Below are positions 29,182 to 37,898 of a stretch of DNA of 64,000 bases, in pieces. The notes under the pieces are model-generated. The model was not told the origin of the DNA, did not search any database, and was given only the letters and a program-made list of their open reading frames with translations. This DNA is from a virus (lineage: Duplodnaviria; Caudoviricetes): positions 72,255 to 136,254 of the IMG/VR virus record IMGVR_UViG_2864522212_000004. The stretch is one strand, 5' to 3'. The translations under genes were made by a program, and so were the position numbers. The stretch's first letter is position 1. Every line of letters begins with the position of its first letter.

Positions 29182-30220
29182 CGAATTCCTCCTCTCGCGG
29201 ATGGGCTTCGTCCCAGGCGGCGGCCCGCGCTTGGACTTCCGCATTGTGCATGTCGTTCAGCATGCTCTTCGGCAGCCTGCCGTTCGCCGGCAGGTTCTCC
29301 GGGTGTAGCGCGATGTTGTTGGGGTCGCGCCCCATTTTCAGGTTTTGGATGTCCCGTTCGAGCCAACGCCTGTATGTGGCATCCCAGTTGGCGCTGCGGT
29401 GTTCGGGTTTCTCCTGCGTGTAGTAGGCGACGAACAGGGTGACTTCGCGGATCAGGTTGACTCCCGCCTTGGCCGTGGCGATGCGCAGTTCGGGCGAGGG
29501 CTTCCAGTCGGGAGCCAACACGGTCTGACGGGTCGCGGGCTTCTTCTCTTTTTTCGGAACTTTTCTCTTCTTCGAAGAAACCGCGGACGGTTTCTTCTGA
29601 ATCGGAGAGGTTTCCTCAACCCTGCTGGAACTCTGAGAAGCTTCGAAAGAAGCATTCTCGTTTTCAGGCTCTGAGGCGGACTCGTCCGCCGATTTTTCGT
29701 TTTTCTCCGATTCTGGATTTTGAGGGGATAGAGAGGAGTAGATATCCTCTGTTCCTCTGTTCCTCTGTTCCCCTGTTCCCCTGTTCCGGGCGTGGAAATC
29801 TCGATGGGGTCTCGCGACACTCTCGCGACAGTCTCGCGAATCTGGGTCTGAACCGTTGGAATCATTGGGTTCTGCCATCTCATGAGACGGATACCTCGAC
29901 TTGCCTGGCTTATCGATTCTCTGGTGCCTTGACCATGTCGCAATCTCCAGATATGGGGTGCCGTCGAACTCGTAGCGATATATCAATCCAGCTTCAGAAA
30001 GACTCGCGAGGGCTCGCGACACTCTCGCGACAGTCTCGCGAGGGTCTTTGATGAGATCAGCCGCGAACAGGTCTCCGATGATGTCGTAGTCGATATCCTT
30101 GCCTACCCCGTTATCATCCACGTAACTCCATAGACCTATGAAAACCAGTCTGGCGTCCCAGTTGAGATTCGCTATATCCCGGCTGCGCCAGAACTCCGGC
30201 TTGATGCTCCTGATGCGCAT
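29171..30220 (-). CDS. Phage-type replication initiator (replisome organiser)
   Basis: MRIRSIKPEFW..RLVFIGLWSYVDDNG N-terminus, internal DNA repeats, C-terminal PDWKP..NWDATYRRW. Confidence 0.85.
   Translation of the reverse strand: MRIRSIKPEFWRSRDIANLNWDARLVFIGLWSYVDDNGVGKDIDYDIIGDLFAADLIKDPRETVARVSRALASLSEAGLIYRYEFDGTPYLEIATWSRHQRIDKPGKSRYPSHEMAEPNDSNGSDPDSRDCRESVARPHRDFHARNRGTGEQRNRGTEDIYSSLSPQNPESEKNEKSADESASEPENENASFEASQSSSRVEETSPIQKKPSAVSSKKRKVPKKEKKPATRQTVLAPDWKPSPELRIATAKAGVNLIREVTLFVAYYTQEKPEHRSANWDATYRRWLERDIQNLKMGRDPNNIALHPENLPANGRLPKSMLNDMHNAEVQARAAAWDEAHPREEEFDEL
29746..30041. repeat. Iteron-like repeats inside the rep gene (candidate origin)
   Basis: CCYCTGTT x5 (29746-29785); seven TCGCGA units spaced 10-11 bp apart; identical 29-mer at 29811 and 30013. 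Confidence 0.8.
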
Positions 30221-30247
30221 GGCTCTCTTTTCTTCCGAAGAACCCGG

Positions 30248-30508
30248 TCAGACGGTCTTGGATAGGGGAACGTTCTTGTTCATCTCGGCGAGGGCTCTTG
30301 CATAATCGCAGAGGCCGAACATGTCCGTTAGTCCCAGTGCCTTGCCTACGATGTCGAGTTCGTTGCTGTCCCATATGGTGTGCTGGTTGAGTCTGCGGCC
30401 CGTTGCCTCTCGCGTGGTTCCTAGATCTTTGGCGAGTTGTTTCACCTGGTAGTTCTGGGTTGCCATGCGAGCGAGGATCGCTTGGGAGATGATTTCGTTT
30501 GATGACAT
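30248..30508 (-). CDS. Cro-like HTH regulator
   Basis: VKQLAKDLGTTREATGRRLN..WDSNELD; divergent from the repressor. Confidence 0.8.
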   Translation of the reverse strand: MSSNEIISQAILARMATQNYQVKQLAKDLGTTREATGRRLNQHTIWDSNELDIVGKALGLTDMFGLCDYARALAEMNKNVPLSKTV

Positions 30509-30526
30509 GCGATAAAAAACCTTTCG

Positions 30527-30623
30527 TATCTCATGGGAGATATTAGGGGTCGATTGGAATAGTGTCAATCTCTATGGAGATACGGCGTGTTTTATAGCGT
30601 GAAAAATGTTCTCTCAAGAGATA
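30527..30623. promoter_or_regulatory. Three palindromic operators TCTC-N4-GAGATA
   Basis: tatctcatgggagata (30527), aatctctatggagata (30567), gttctctcaagagata (30608). Confidence 0.8.
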
Positions 30624-30633
30624 GAATGACAAC

Positions 30634-31218
30634 ATGGTACGGAATGACAGACTTAAGAAGACCGGGGAGAGCACCAAGCTCATAGCGGAGTTCGTTGAAG
30701 AACGTCGGCGAGCAAAGAGTCTGACCCAAAAGCAGATTGCTTCGGCCTTGGGCGAGAAGACGAGCCAATCCTACGTATCCGTCCGATTGCGCGGAAAAGC
30801 TGCATGGACGATGGATGACCTTGATGCCATTGCACCTCTCATAGATTTTGACAATGCCATCGAATTGATCGGAAACCTAGCCCGAAAACGAGCTACCGAG
30901 GAAAACGAGCCCGGGCTGCTTGCCCGTCAGTTCGTAGCCATCATGGATGGGGACAACGTCGTTCAGATTATTGATGGGCCATCCTCTTCCATTCCGGTCT
31001 CCGGACTTCCCCATGACACATCAGTCGATACGGGCGTTACCTCCGATAAGAGAGGCACGGTTCCTGTTCCTCATGCACGTTCGGTTAAACCCTCGTCTCT
31101 ATCCGATGAAGAGCGTAAGCGTATCGTTTTGGAGAAACTACGTAGGGGTGACGTGTCCTTGCCGGCGAACAAGGATCCGCATAAGCTCGCGGAAATGGAA
31201 GGCGGTGACGGCCGCTAG
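30634..31218 (+). CDS. XRE-family repressor (ImmR/CI-like)
   Basis: LTQKQIASAL..SQSYVSVRLRGK..WTMDDL HTH; followed by ImmA. Confidence 0.85.
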   Translation: MVRNDRLKKTGESTKLIAEFVEERRRAKSLTQKQIASALGEKTSQSYVSVRLRGKAAWTMDDLDAIAPLIDFDNAIELIGNLARKRATEENEPGLLARQFVAIMDGDNVVQIIDGPSSSIPVSGLPHDTSVDTGVTSDKRGTVPVPHARSVKPSSLSDEERKRIVLEKLRRGDVSLPANKDPHKLAEMEGGDGR

Positions 31219-31736
31219 TGACGACTGCTCGCCCCTGTTCTGTCAGAGTATCCTCTTCTCGAACCGATTCGATAGGAGGATATTCAACCGTGTTGACGGC
31301 CGCACCATTCGACCGCCACATGCCCATCAACCGTGGCATGACCTACGAGCAGATGCTCGATGCCGTGGAAACCCAGCCAGTCCACGTCATCGAAGCCACG
31401 CTTGACGATGACACTTCAGGCCTCTACTGTGAGGCTATCCAGACCATAATCATCGACGAGCATATGACCGACGTGCAGAAACGATGCTCTCTCACCCATG
31501 AATTGTTCCACTGGCTGCACGCCGATGATTCGCATGCGGAATACGGGAAAAGCCATGCCGAATGGCGTGTGCGCCGTGAAACCGCCATGTTTCTGATCGA
31601 CCCGGCGGACTATGTGCAGGCCGAACGGGAATATGATGGCGAGATCTATCAGATGTCCTGTGAGATGGATGTCACGGTATTCCTTTTGGAGGACTACCGT
31701 CGGATTTTGGAATATAGCCAGCCATTGCATAGCTGA
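31218..31736 (+). CDS. ImmA/IrrE-family metallopeptidase (antirepressor)
   Basis: KRCSLTHELFH (HExxH) and a downstream E; the true start may be further downstream. Confidence 0.88.
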   Translation: MTTARPCSVRVSSSRTDSIGGYSTVLTAAPFDRHMPINRGMTYEQMLDAVETQPVHVIEATLDDDTSGLYCEAIQTIIIDEHMTDVQKRCSLTHELFHWLHADDSHAEYGKSHAEWRVRRETAMFLIDPADYVQAEREYDGEIYQMSCEMDVTVFLLEDYRRILEYSQPLHS

Positions 31737-31749
31737 GGAGAGATAAATC

Positions 31750-33063
31750 ATGGGACATCTGGACCCGTTCCTGCAAGACCTCAATGGTATCGGAATCATC
31801 GCCATGATGGTAGGCATCAGTGCAGTGATAGTCCGCGTGGTTTTCTGCAAGACCATGCGGGACAGAATCTATACGGGCGTGGGGGGATTAATATCCGCGA
31901 TCGTCATGTCGCTGGGTATTGATTATGCGATACGGCCATTCGCCGGTACTGGTGAATCGACTGCGACGAATGGACTGGGGTTCGTCCAGCTCATGATAGG
32001 TGTGGTTATCGCGCTTATCGGAGGTGCCGTTTTGCGCGGCATCCTGAGTCTTGACGATGGCGAACCACAGCCGACAAGCAATTCCCTCATTATGGACACG
32101 CAGACGGAGCTGAACCGTCTTGCACCCCGATACGGGCTGGTGGCCGCCATGAGCAACGAGGACTCCTATTATGGCTGGTTCGTGATAGACCACGACAACG
32201 GCGGCTCCCCCGACCCGTTGTATGAGGCCAGTCTCAACGCGAACCTGCAACAGGAACGCCAGCTCGGGAAACTGTACGGCGATCCGGGTTCCGGCTTGGA
32301 CTATTCCGCTTTCGGAAACACGGCCGTACAGGCCGGCCAGCAGGGCGAATCCGCATTGGCCAGAATCATCGCCTACATGCGGCTCAACGTCATCTCCTTC
32401 TGGTCCCTGTACGGGCTCAACGAGAACCGCCAGCCCATCAACGCGGACATCGACTGCGTGCTGGTCGGCATAGACCCGCAACAGCAGGTGCATGCCTGGT
32501 TCGTGGACGCGAAGAACTACAAGGGCGGCAGCGACACCAAATACGTGAACCTGGATCCACGAAACCTGGTGCGCATGAGCATCAGCCGTCGAGCCCTCAT
32601 CAAAGGCTCGGACGGAACACCCGTGGTCAAGATGAGCGAGAACATGGCAACCCAACGCGATAATTGGGCGTCCACGCTCGAAACCTATCACGTGGCAGCC
32701 CAATGGATGGTCTGCATGGTACCGGGCGGACATAACGGCAACCCGGATGTCAGCGAAGCCGTCTGGCCGGGCAATGTTCGTGTCGTGACGCCTGGACAGT
32801 TGGTTGCGGAAATCCAATCCCTGAGCCTGCTGCCGGTGGACAATATTCCGCCACGTGTCGTCAGACTGTTCACCTCGGCAGTCAAACAACAGGCTCCTGC
32901 GCCAGCAGCGCCGGTGACGAACACTGTGCCGATGCCTGTGACCTCACCCGTTCCAGCCCCTATCCCCCAGCCGGCAATAACGAACAACTGCCCCAAATGC
33001 GGTCAGCCATTGAACGGACAAACCAACTTCTGCCCGAACTGCGGCACACCGCTCAACGCCTAA
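31750..33063 (+). CDS. Membrane-anchored NERD/PD-(D/E)xK nuclease-like protein with C-terminal zinc ribbon
   Basis: 3 TM helices, GQQGE, ADIDCVLV, VDAKNYKG, CPKCG..FCPNCG. Confidence 0.78.
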   Translation: MGHLDPFLQDLNGIGIIAMMVGISAVIVRVVFCKTMRDRIYTGVGGLISAIVMSLGIDYAIRPFAGTGESTATNGLGFVQLMIGVVIALIGGAVLRGILSLDDGEPQPTSNSLIMDTQTELNRLAPRYGLVAAMSNEDSYYGWFVIDHDNGGSPDPLYEASLNANLQQERQLGKLYGDPGSGLDYSAFGNTAVQAGQQGESALARIIAYMRLNVISFWSLYGLNENRQPINADIDCVLVGIDPQQQVHAWFVDAKNYKGGSDTKYVNLDPRNLVRMSISRRALIKGSDGTPVVKMSENMATQRDNWASTLETYHVAAQWMVCMVPGGHNGNPDVSEAVWPGNVRVVTPGQLVAEIQSLSLLPVDNIPPRVVRLFTSAVKQQAPAPAAPVTNTVPMPVTSPVPAPIPQPAITNNCPKCGQPLNGQTNFCPNCGTPLNA

Positions 33064-33137
33064 TCAGGAGGTCAGGCTCAGTGTCGCGGGCACCCATGTC
33101 CACATGCTTTGCGGCCTACCCCGAGTCCGGCAAGATT

Positions 33138-33194
33138 ACCGTTGTAGATGACTTCGCTCTAGCGACAAGCTAAAACAAAGTCATCTACAACGGT
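33138..33194. repeat. Long palindrome (17-bp perfect arms)
   Basis: accgttgtagatgactt..aagtcatctacaacggt. Confidence 0.9.
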
Positions 33195-33257
33195 CTCCCA
33201 ATCGTCCTTGTTCGAGGTCATCGCAGCCGCACCCGCCTTGTAGAAGTTGCTTGCCAT
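33159..33257 (-). pseudogene. N-terminal remnant of a phage-type Dam adenine methyltransferase
   Basis: Reads MASNFYKAGAAAMTSNKDDWET, like the S..D.W.TP start of phage Dam, then runs into the palindrome and stops. Confidence 0.5.
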
Positions 33258-33293
33258 TACCGTTTTTGTTTTGGCGAGAAAGCCTCGTCATCT

Positions 33294-33740
33294 TCAGTGT
33301 CGCGGATGAATCGCCTCCGCTTGTCTTTGGTTGTCTATGTAGCGTTCGACTATACTTTCGCTGTTCCTTCCCACGGTTTCGCAATAGTATCCGGCGGACC
33401 ATAGCTTGTGGCGCTTTCCCCAGTAGTAGCGTTTGAGATGATCGGGGTGCTTGCTCCACAGTTCACGTGTGGTGAGCTGTTTGATTCGGCTGACTGTCCC
33501 GCTGATGGTCATGTCGGGTGGGATGCTGACGAGCATATGCACGTGGTTGCCGTCGCCCGTGTTGATTCGATGGATTGCGAACCGTGAGCGTCGTTCGGCG
33601 TCGCGGATGCTGTCGAGCACGTCCGCCTCTATTCCTGCGAGAGCGTGTTTGCGGTATTTCGTGACCAGCACGATATGGTATCTGGTCCGCACTTTCGCGG
33701 AAGCCTTTGGCTTGTATTCGTCGGGTTCCATGTCGCACAC
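33294..33740 (-). CDS. tnpA: Y1 HUH transposase TnpA
   Basis: YHIVLVTKYR, NHVHMLV (HUH), LWSAGYY, YIDNQ. Confidence 0.95.
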   Translation of the reverse strand: MCDMEPDEYKPKASAKVRTRYHIVLVTKYRKHALAGIEADVLDSIRDAERRSRFAIHRINTGDGNHVHMLVSIPPDMTISGTVSRIKQLTTRELWSKHPDHLKRYYWGKRHKLWSAGYYCETVGRNSESIVERYIDNQRQAEAIHPRH

Positions 33741-33792
33741 CTCTATGCTATAATCATGCTAACAACAGTTTAGCAGATTCGGAGGTGTTAGC

Positions 33793-35127
33793 ATGACGGT
33801 CAGTCTCATCGGCTCGCCACGCAGAACCTCCGAAGAGGCGAGACTGGACAAGAACCGAAGAATCAAGGAATCCATCAAGGCGACCAAAGCCAAGAGGAAA
33901 ACCCAGACCTGTTCCACGTTCGACCTGAAAATAGTGGGCAACAAACTCTCCAGCACCCAACGCGAGGCACTGGTTCGCGTGTTCTTGGAAGCCAAATGGC
34001 TATGGAACGAATGCATCGCCAGCGGAGACCCGTTCTCCTACAAGCCAAGAAAAAACGTCCTCGTGAAAACCAAGGACGACACGATGGACGAACGCGAATA
34101 CCGCGTGCTCGGCTCCCAGATGAAGCAGTCCCTCGTCAAGACCATCCGATCCAACATCAAAACACTCGCAACCCTCAAGAAACAAGGCCGCAAGACCGGA
34201 ACGGTCGGGTTCACGAGCAAGGTCAAGTCGCTCGGACTCCCACAACCGGAGACCACGTACCGCATACGCGGACAGAAGGCGAGGATACAGAACATCCCCG
34301 GCTGGGTCCGGGTGCGCGGCGTCGGACAATTGGAGGGATGGGAACAGGCAAAGGCCGTTCTCACCAGCGAAGCGGACGGGTGGCATCTGCATGTCACCTG
34401 CTACATGGACAAGGAGGAACACCGCAAGCGACGTGAAGCCAAGAGACTAGCGCCGGTGAAGAACACCATCATCGGACTGGACATGGGCGTGAAGACCGCC
34501 ATCACATGTTCGGACGGAACGGAATACGACGTCATGGTTGGAGAAACCGACCGCCTCAAACGGGAACAGCGAAAACTGAACCGCAAGAAGAAGGGGTCGA
34601 ACAACCGGCAACGCAATCGCATGAGAATCCGTCGGGCATATACGAAACAGCAGAATCGACTGAACGATGCCGCCAACAAGACAGCGGCGGAACTGCTGCG
34701 CAATGAGACCATCTTCATGCAGGATGAACAGGTCAAAGCATGGCACCGCCGTTATGGCCGAAAAATACAGCACAGCATCCTCGGCCGCGTCAAAAACAGA
34801 CTGACCCGCCACGCGGGACAGGTGGTGGTGCTCTCCAAGTGGGAGCCGACCACGCAACTGTGCCCTGTCTGCGGGACGAAAACCAGAATCCCGCTGGGAC
34901 GGCGCATATACAAGTGCGCCGACTGTGGTTATACGGCCCCAAGAGACGTCAAAGCCGCTCAGACCATGGTCTGGCTTGGACAATCCGAATATTCGGACAA
35001 AATACCCTTGGAACGAGGGGAATACAAGCCTGTGGAGAGCGCATCGGAGTCATACGTGGACAATCTGCGTATGTTCTCCATGCGTTCGGCGAAGCAGGAA
35101 ACCGTGACGGCTTCAGCCTCACGGTAG
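33793..35127 (+). CDS. tnpB: RNA-guided endonuclease TnpB
   Basis: IGLDMG, FMQDE, CPVCG/CADCG, RDVKAA. Confidence 0.92.
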   Translation: MTVSLIGSPRRTSEEARLDKNRRIKESIKATKAKRKTQTCSTFDLKIVGNKLSSTQREALVRVFLEAKWLWNECIASGDPFSYKPRKNVLVKTKDDTMDEREYRVLGSQMKQSLVKTIRSNIKTLATLKKQGRKTGTVGFTSKVKSLGLPQPETTYRIRGQKARIQNIPGWVRVRGVGQLEGWEQAKAVLTSEADGWHLHVTCYMDKEEHRKRREAKRLAPVKNTIIGLDMGVKTAITCSDGTEYDVMVGETDRLKREQRKLNRKKKGSNNRQRNRMRIRRAYTKQQNRLNDAANKTAAELLRNETIFMQDEQVKAWHRRYGRKIQHSILGRVKNRLTRHAGQVVVLSKWEPTTQLCPVCGTKTRIPLGRRIYKCADCGYTAPRDVKAAQTMVWLGQSEYSDKIPLERGEYKPVESASESYVDNLRMFSMRSAKQETVTASASR

Positions 35128-35128
35128 T

Positions 35129-35986
35129 TCATAATTTGCTCTTTTCGTTAAGGATTGATGGTTTGGTATCCAGTTGGGCGGATTCGAATTTTTCCGCAGC
35201 TTCTCTCTGAGAGGGAAACGAGTATCTGGTGCGGGTTTTGCAGTATGGGCAGCCGACCCGCCACCATGTTTTCGTATGAGTGATCGGGCTGACGGCTTTC
35301 CGATATTCGCCTTTCATCCCGCAGTTAGGGCATAGTAGCGTCGTGTCGAACACGTCAACGTATTTGTCGCCCATGCGATCCAATGTCCGTTGCATGGCCA
35401 GGGTGTCCACGAGCTTCGAGTCGAAGCCGAGCCTTTTGACCTGCTCCGCGCTCCAATGTGCTAGGTACCGGAGGATCTGCTGTTCGATACCGTATTGCGA
35501 ATAGTGGTAACGTTTGCCGGTTTTCAGTTCGATGAAATCGTCTTCGTGGGCGAAGTCTCCGGCGCAGAACCGTTCGACGGCTTCCTCTCTGCTTTTGCTG
35601 GGGAAAATATTACAGGCGATGCACCGTTGGTTCGAACAGGAGCAGAAGTACGGGTGGCACCAGAAGCCGTCCATTTGTCCGTCACGTTCGCCACCGTGTA
35701 TGAACCCGAGGGGAAGGAACGTGTCGCAGTCATGCGGTTCCGCATGACCAGTGGAGCAAAGCGGGCACGGATACTGTTCGCGCATTATCTTCGCTTCGGC
35801 TTTCCTCATGCTACGTTCCGCGGCATCCACCGCATCCTGCTCCGCCAGACGTTTGGCGATAGGCTCGTTGATCTGGCGAACGATATCGACGGGCAAACCG
35901 GTCTGCTTGGCGACGGATTCCACCGTGGAACGACGCGACTGGAGCAGGTCGGCTGCTCGTTCGGCTCGACTGTGATATCGGGGCAT
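35129..35986 (-). CDS. Zinc-finger protein with N-terminal HTH and two Lar (restriction alleviation)-like domains
   Basis: CPLC..C..C..SREEAVERF and CPNCG..VGCPYC..SQREAAEKF. Confidence 0.65.
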   Translation of the reverse strand: MPRYHSRAERAADLLQSRRSTVESVAKQTGLPVDIVRQINEPIAKRLAEQDAVDAAERSMRKAEAKIMREQYPCPLCSTGHAEPHDCDTFLPLGFIHGGERDGQMDGFWCHPYFCSCSNQRCIACNIFPSKSREEAVERFCAGDFAHEDDFIELKTGKRYHYSQYGIEQQILRYLAHWSAEQVKRLGFDSKLVDTLAMQRTLDRMGDKYVDVFDTTLLCPNCGMKGEYRKAVSPITHTKTWWRVGCPYCKTRTRYSFPSQREAAEKFESAQLDTKPSILNEKSKL

Positions 35987-35988
35987 GG

Positions 35989-36075
35989 TCAGACAGGGTC
36001 TTTTGCCAGATGGAAGGCGACTGCGATGATTGCGGCCAGCATGATGCTGAGGCTGATAAGGATTGGATGTTTCAA
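35989..36075 (-). CDS. 28-aa hydrophobic peptide
   Basis: RBS aagga + TTG; MKHPILISLSIMLAAIIAVAFHLAKDPV fills the operon gap. Confidence 0.5.
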   Translation of the reverse strand: MKHPILISLSIMLAAIIAVAFHLAKDPV

Positions 36076-36090
36076 GATTCTTTCCTTTTG

Positions 36091-36519
36091 CTAGTTTTCA
36101 AGAATGATTTGCGTGCCACTGAAGAATGCGAGACGGTCTGCTTCACGGATTTTCTTCGGATCGGTCACATCCCGCATGAACTGTTCCCTGAAGCGCCGGT
36201 ATTCGGCATCGTATCCGGAACCAGTGTTCTTCTTCTTTTGTGCCGGTTTCTGTTTCGGTGTCGGCCGACCTTTCTTGGAGGAGAGTCGTTCTCGGCGTCG
36301 CTTGTCTGCTTCGACCACACGGTTGATCTGTCTGGCACAGGAGACAACCGTTTTCCTGTCACCTACCAGATGAGCGGATACGGCTTTACGCCGCAGTCGT
36401 CCGATATTCCGGCAAGCGTCAGCCGACAGTCCCGGCAACAGTTCGAACTCGTTTAGATACAGGATTCCACCCAGCAGAGTGAAAGGTGCAATGCTCTCAT
36501 TGGCTTCCGGCATCAGCAT
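36091..36519 (-). CDS. Hypothetical basic protein
   Basis: Operon ORF overlapping the upstream stop. Confidence 0.65.
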   Translation of the reverse strand: MLMPEANESIAPFTLLGGILYLNEFELLPGLSADACRNIGRLRRKAVSAHLVGDRKTVVSCARQINRVVEADKRRRERLSSKKGRPTPKQKPAQKKKNTGSGYDAEYRRFREQFMRDVTDPKKIREADRLAFFSGTQIILEN

Positions 36520-36874
36520 CTTCCTCCTCTTCAAGTCCAGTCAGCACTCCTGCATAGGCGTCTTCGATTTGCTGGCACCACTGTTCCATCGTCGTATCCA
36601 AGGAAATGAACATGGTCGGAGTGAACCCGCCGGTCATGTATTCATCAACGACTCGTCCCGCCAGGTCAAGGTCATACAGTTTGATTTCACCGATCAGCCT
36701 ATTGTCCCGGAAGAAAGCCAAACGTCGTTGCGAATATTCCACCACACTCATGCCGCTGATAGCCCAACCGTTCAACCCGTTACAGGAACAGGCCAGAGTG
36801 TGTTCGTTCTCCTCGACAATCTTCCAATCATCCTTTTCGACGATTATTTTTAATGGTTCGTAGAATTTGCTCAA
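36497..36874 (-). CDS. Hypothetical protein
   Basis: RBS aaggag + TTG. Confidence 0.7.
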   Translation of the reverse strand: MSKFYEPLKIIVEKDDWKIVEENEHTLACSCNGLNGWAISGMSVVEYSQRRLAFFRDNRLIGEIKLYDLDLAGRVVDEYMTGGFTPTMFISLDTTMEQWCQQIEDAYAGVLTGLEEEEDADAGSQ

Positions 36875-36883
36875 ATTTTCTCC

Positions 36884-37168
36884 TTAATGACATTCCGGGC
36901 ACAGCCACTCGTCTGTGGCGCAGTCCCATCCGTTTTCAATGAGTTCGTCATGGTTTCCCATTGCTGTTTTCCCGCATTTGCTGCAGGTCAGATGCCAGTG
37001 TTGCGGACAGTAGTGGTTTTCGTCTCCATCCAATTGCCATCCGTCGGAACTGGCGTCATCGTCTGCGTCGTCTTTGTCTGTGTAATAAGCGCTGCCGTCT
37101 TCGGGGTCGTATTGTTCATCGCATTCGTCGCAGTGGATTGCGACGAATTTCTTCTCGGTGAAACTCAT
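36884..37168 (-). CDS. Small Cys-rich zinc-finger protein
   Basis: CDEC..GW..YCPQH..CSKC..GW..LCPECH duplication. Confidence 0.75.
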   Translation of the reverse strand: MSFTEKKFVAIHCDECDEQYDPEDGSAYYTDKDDADDDASSDGWQLDGDENHYCPQHWHLTCSKCGKTAMGNHDELIENGWDCATDEWLCPECH

Positions 37169-37494
37169 AGCGTCCCCTGTTCTTGCGTCATGTCTCGGAT
37201 GGCGTCCTCGAGCAGGCTTCTCGCGGCCTTGCATCCTTGAATGTATGCGCGGGATGGTTCCGTTCGGGCGTGGGCGTCGCTTGCATGTTCGAGTTTGAGT
37301 TCGCTGGAGATTCGTTTCCCTGCTTCGGTTTCCGTTTTGGCCAGCAGTTGGCGATCATGCTCGGTAAGCCAGGCGTCAAACAGTTCGGCTACGTTGGAGA
37401 ATTGCGGGTTTGCCGACAGTGAATAGAAGTCCTCCGCGCCGTTTATGAAGATGTTCCTGGCTTCGCTGTCCGTCAACGGTTGGTTCACGCTCAA
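37165..37494 (-). CDS. Hypothetical phage-like protein
   Basis: FDAWLTEHDRQ motif; coupled start and stop. Confidence 0.65.
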   Translation of the reverse strand: MSVNQPLTDSEARNIFINGAEDFYSLSANPQFSNVAELFDAWLTEHDRQLLAKTETEAGKRISSELKLEHASDAHARTEPSRAYIQGCKAARSLLEDAIRDMTQEQGTL

Positions 37495-37898
37495 TTGTTT
37501 TCCTCTCTTTGATGATGCTTGTCTTCGATGACCCGGATGCGTTGAATGCCGTCGAGATGAATGTGCATGGGTGTGCCGGTGATCCAATTCCAATACACGT
37601 GATCCAACACGACGGGAATGGTTGAGCCGTCTCTGATTCGTGCCGTGATTGTTCTCTCCCACCAGCATCCGGTGTTGTGTTCCAGAATCTGAACGGGCGC
37701 GGTGACTGTAAAGCCTTGCAGTGGCTTCGGGGCTGTGTCATTGAATTCGACTTCTACCGTTTTCCCTTCGAATCGGATACGTATGTCATTGATCGCCGCA
37801 TCAAGGAGTGGCTTGTGCCGTCTCCCGTATTCGCCGCATCCTTGACGGTCTCGTAATTCGTTCTTGTAAGGGATGTTGATCGATGATGCCCCGTTCAA
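37491..37898 (-). CDS. Hypothetical protein
   Basis: Coupled operon ORF. Confidence 0.65.
   Translation of the reverse strand: MNGASSINIPYKNELRDRQGCGEYGRRHKPLLDAAINDIRIRFEGKTVEVEFNDTAPKPLQGFTVTAPVQILEHNTGCWWERTITARIRDGSTIPVVLDHVYWNWITGTPMHIHLDGIQRIRVIEDKHHQREENN

Larger units (their letters stand above)
33258..35132 (+). mobile_element. IS605-type element with divergent tnpA and tnpB
   Basis: Left-end hairpin about 33273-33315 after CCAT; right-end hairpin accgtga..tcacggt followed by agttcat. Confidence 0.85.

Noticed and set aside
33138-33194. Palindrome as an integron attC site
   Set aside because: The ends run GTT..AAC, opposite to the RYYYAAC..GTTRRRY order, and no integron integrase is present.
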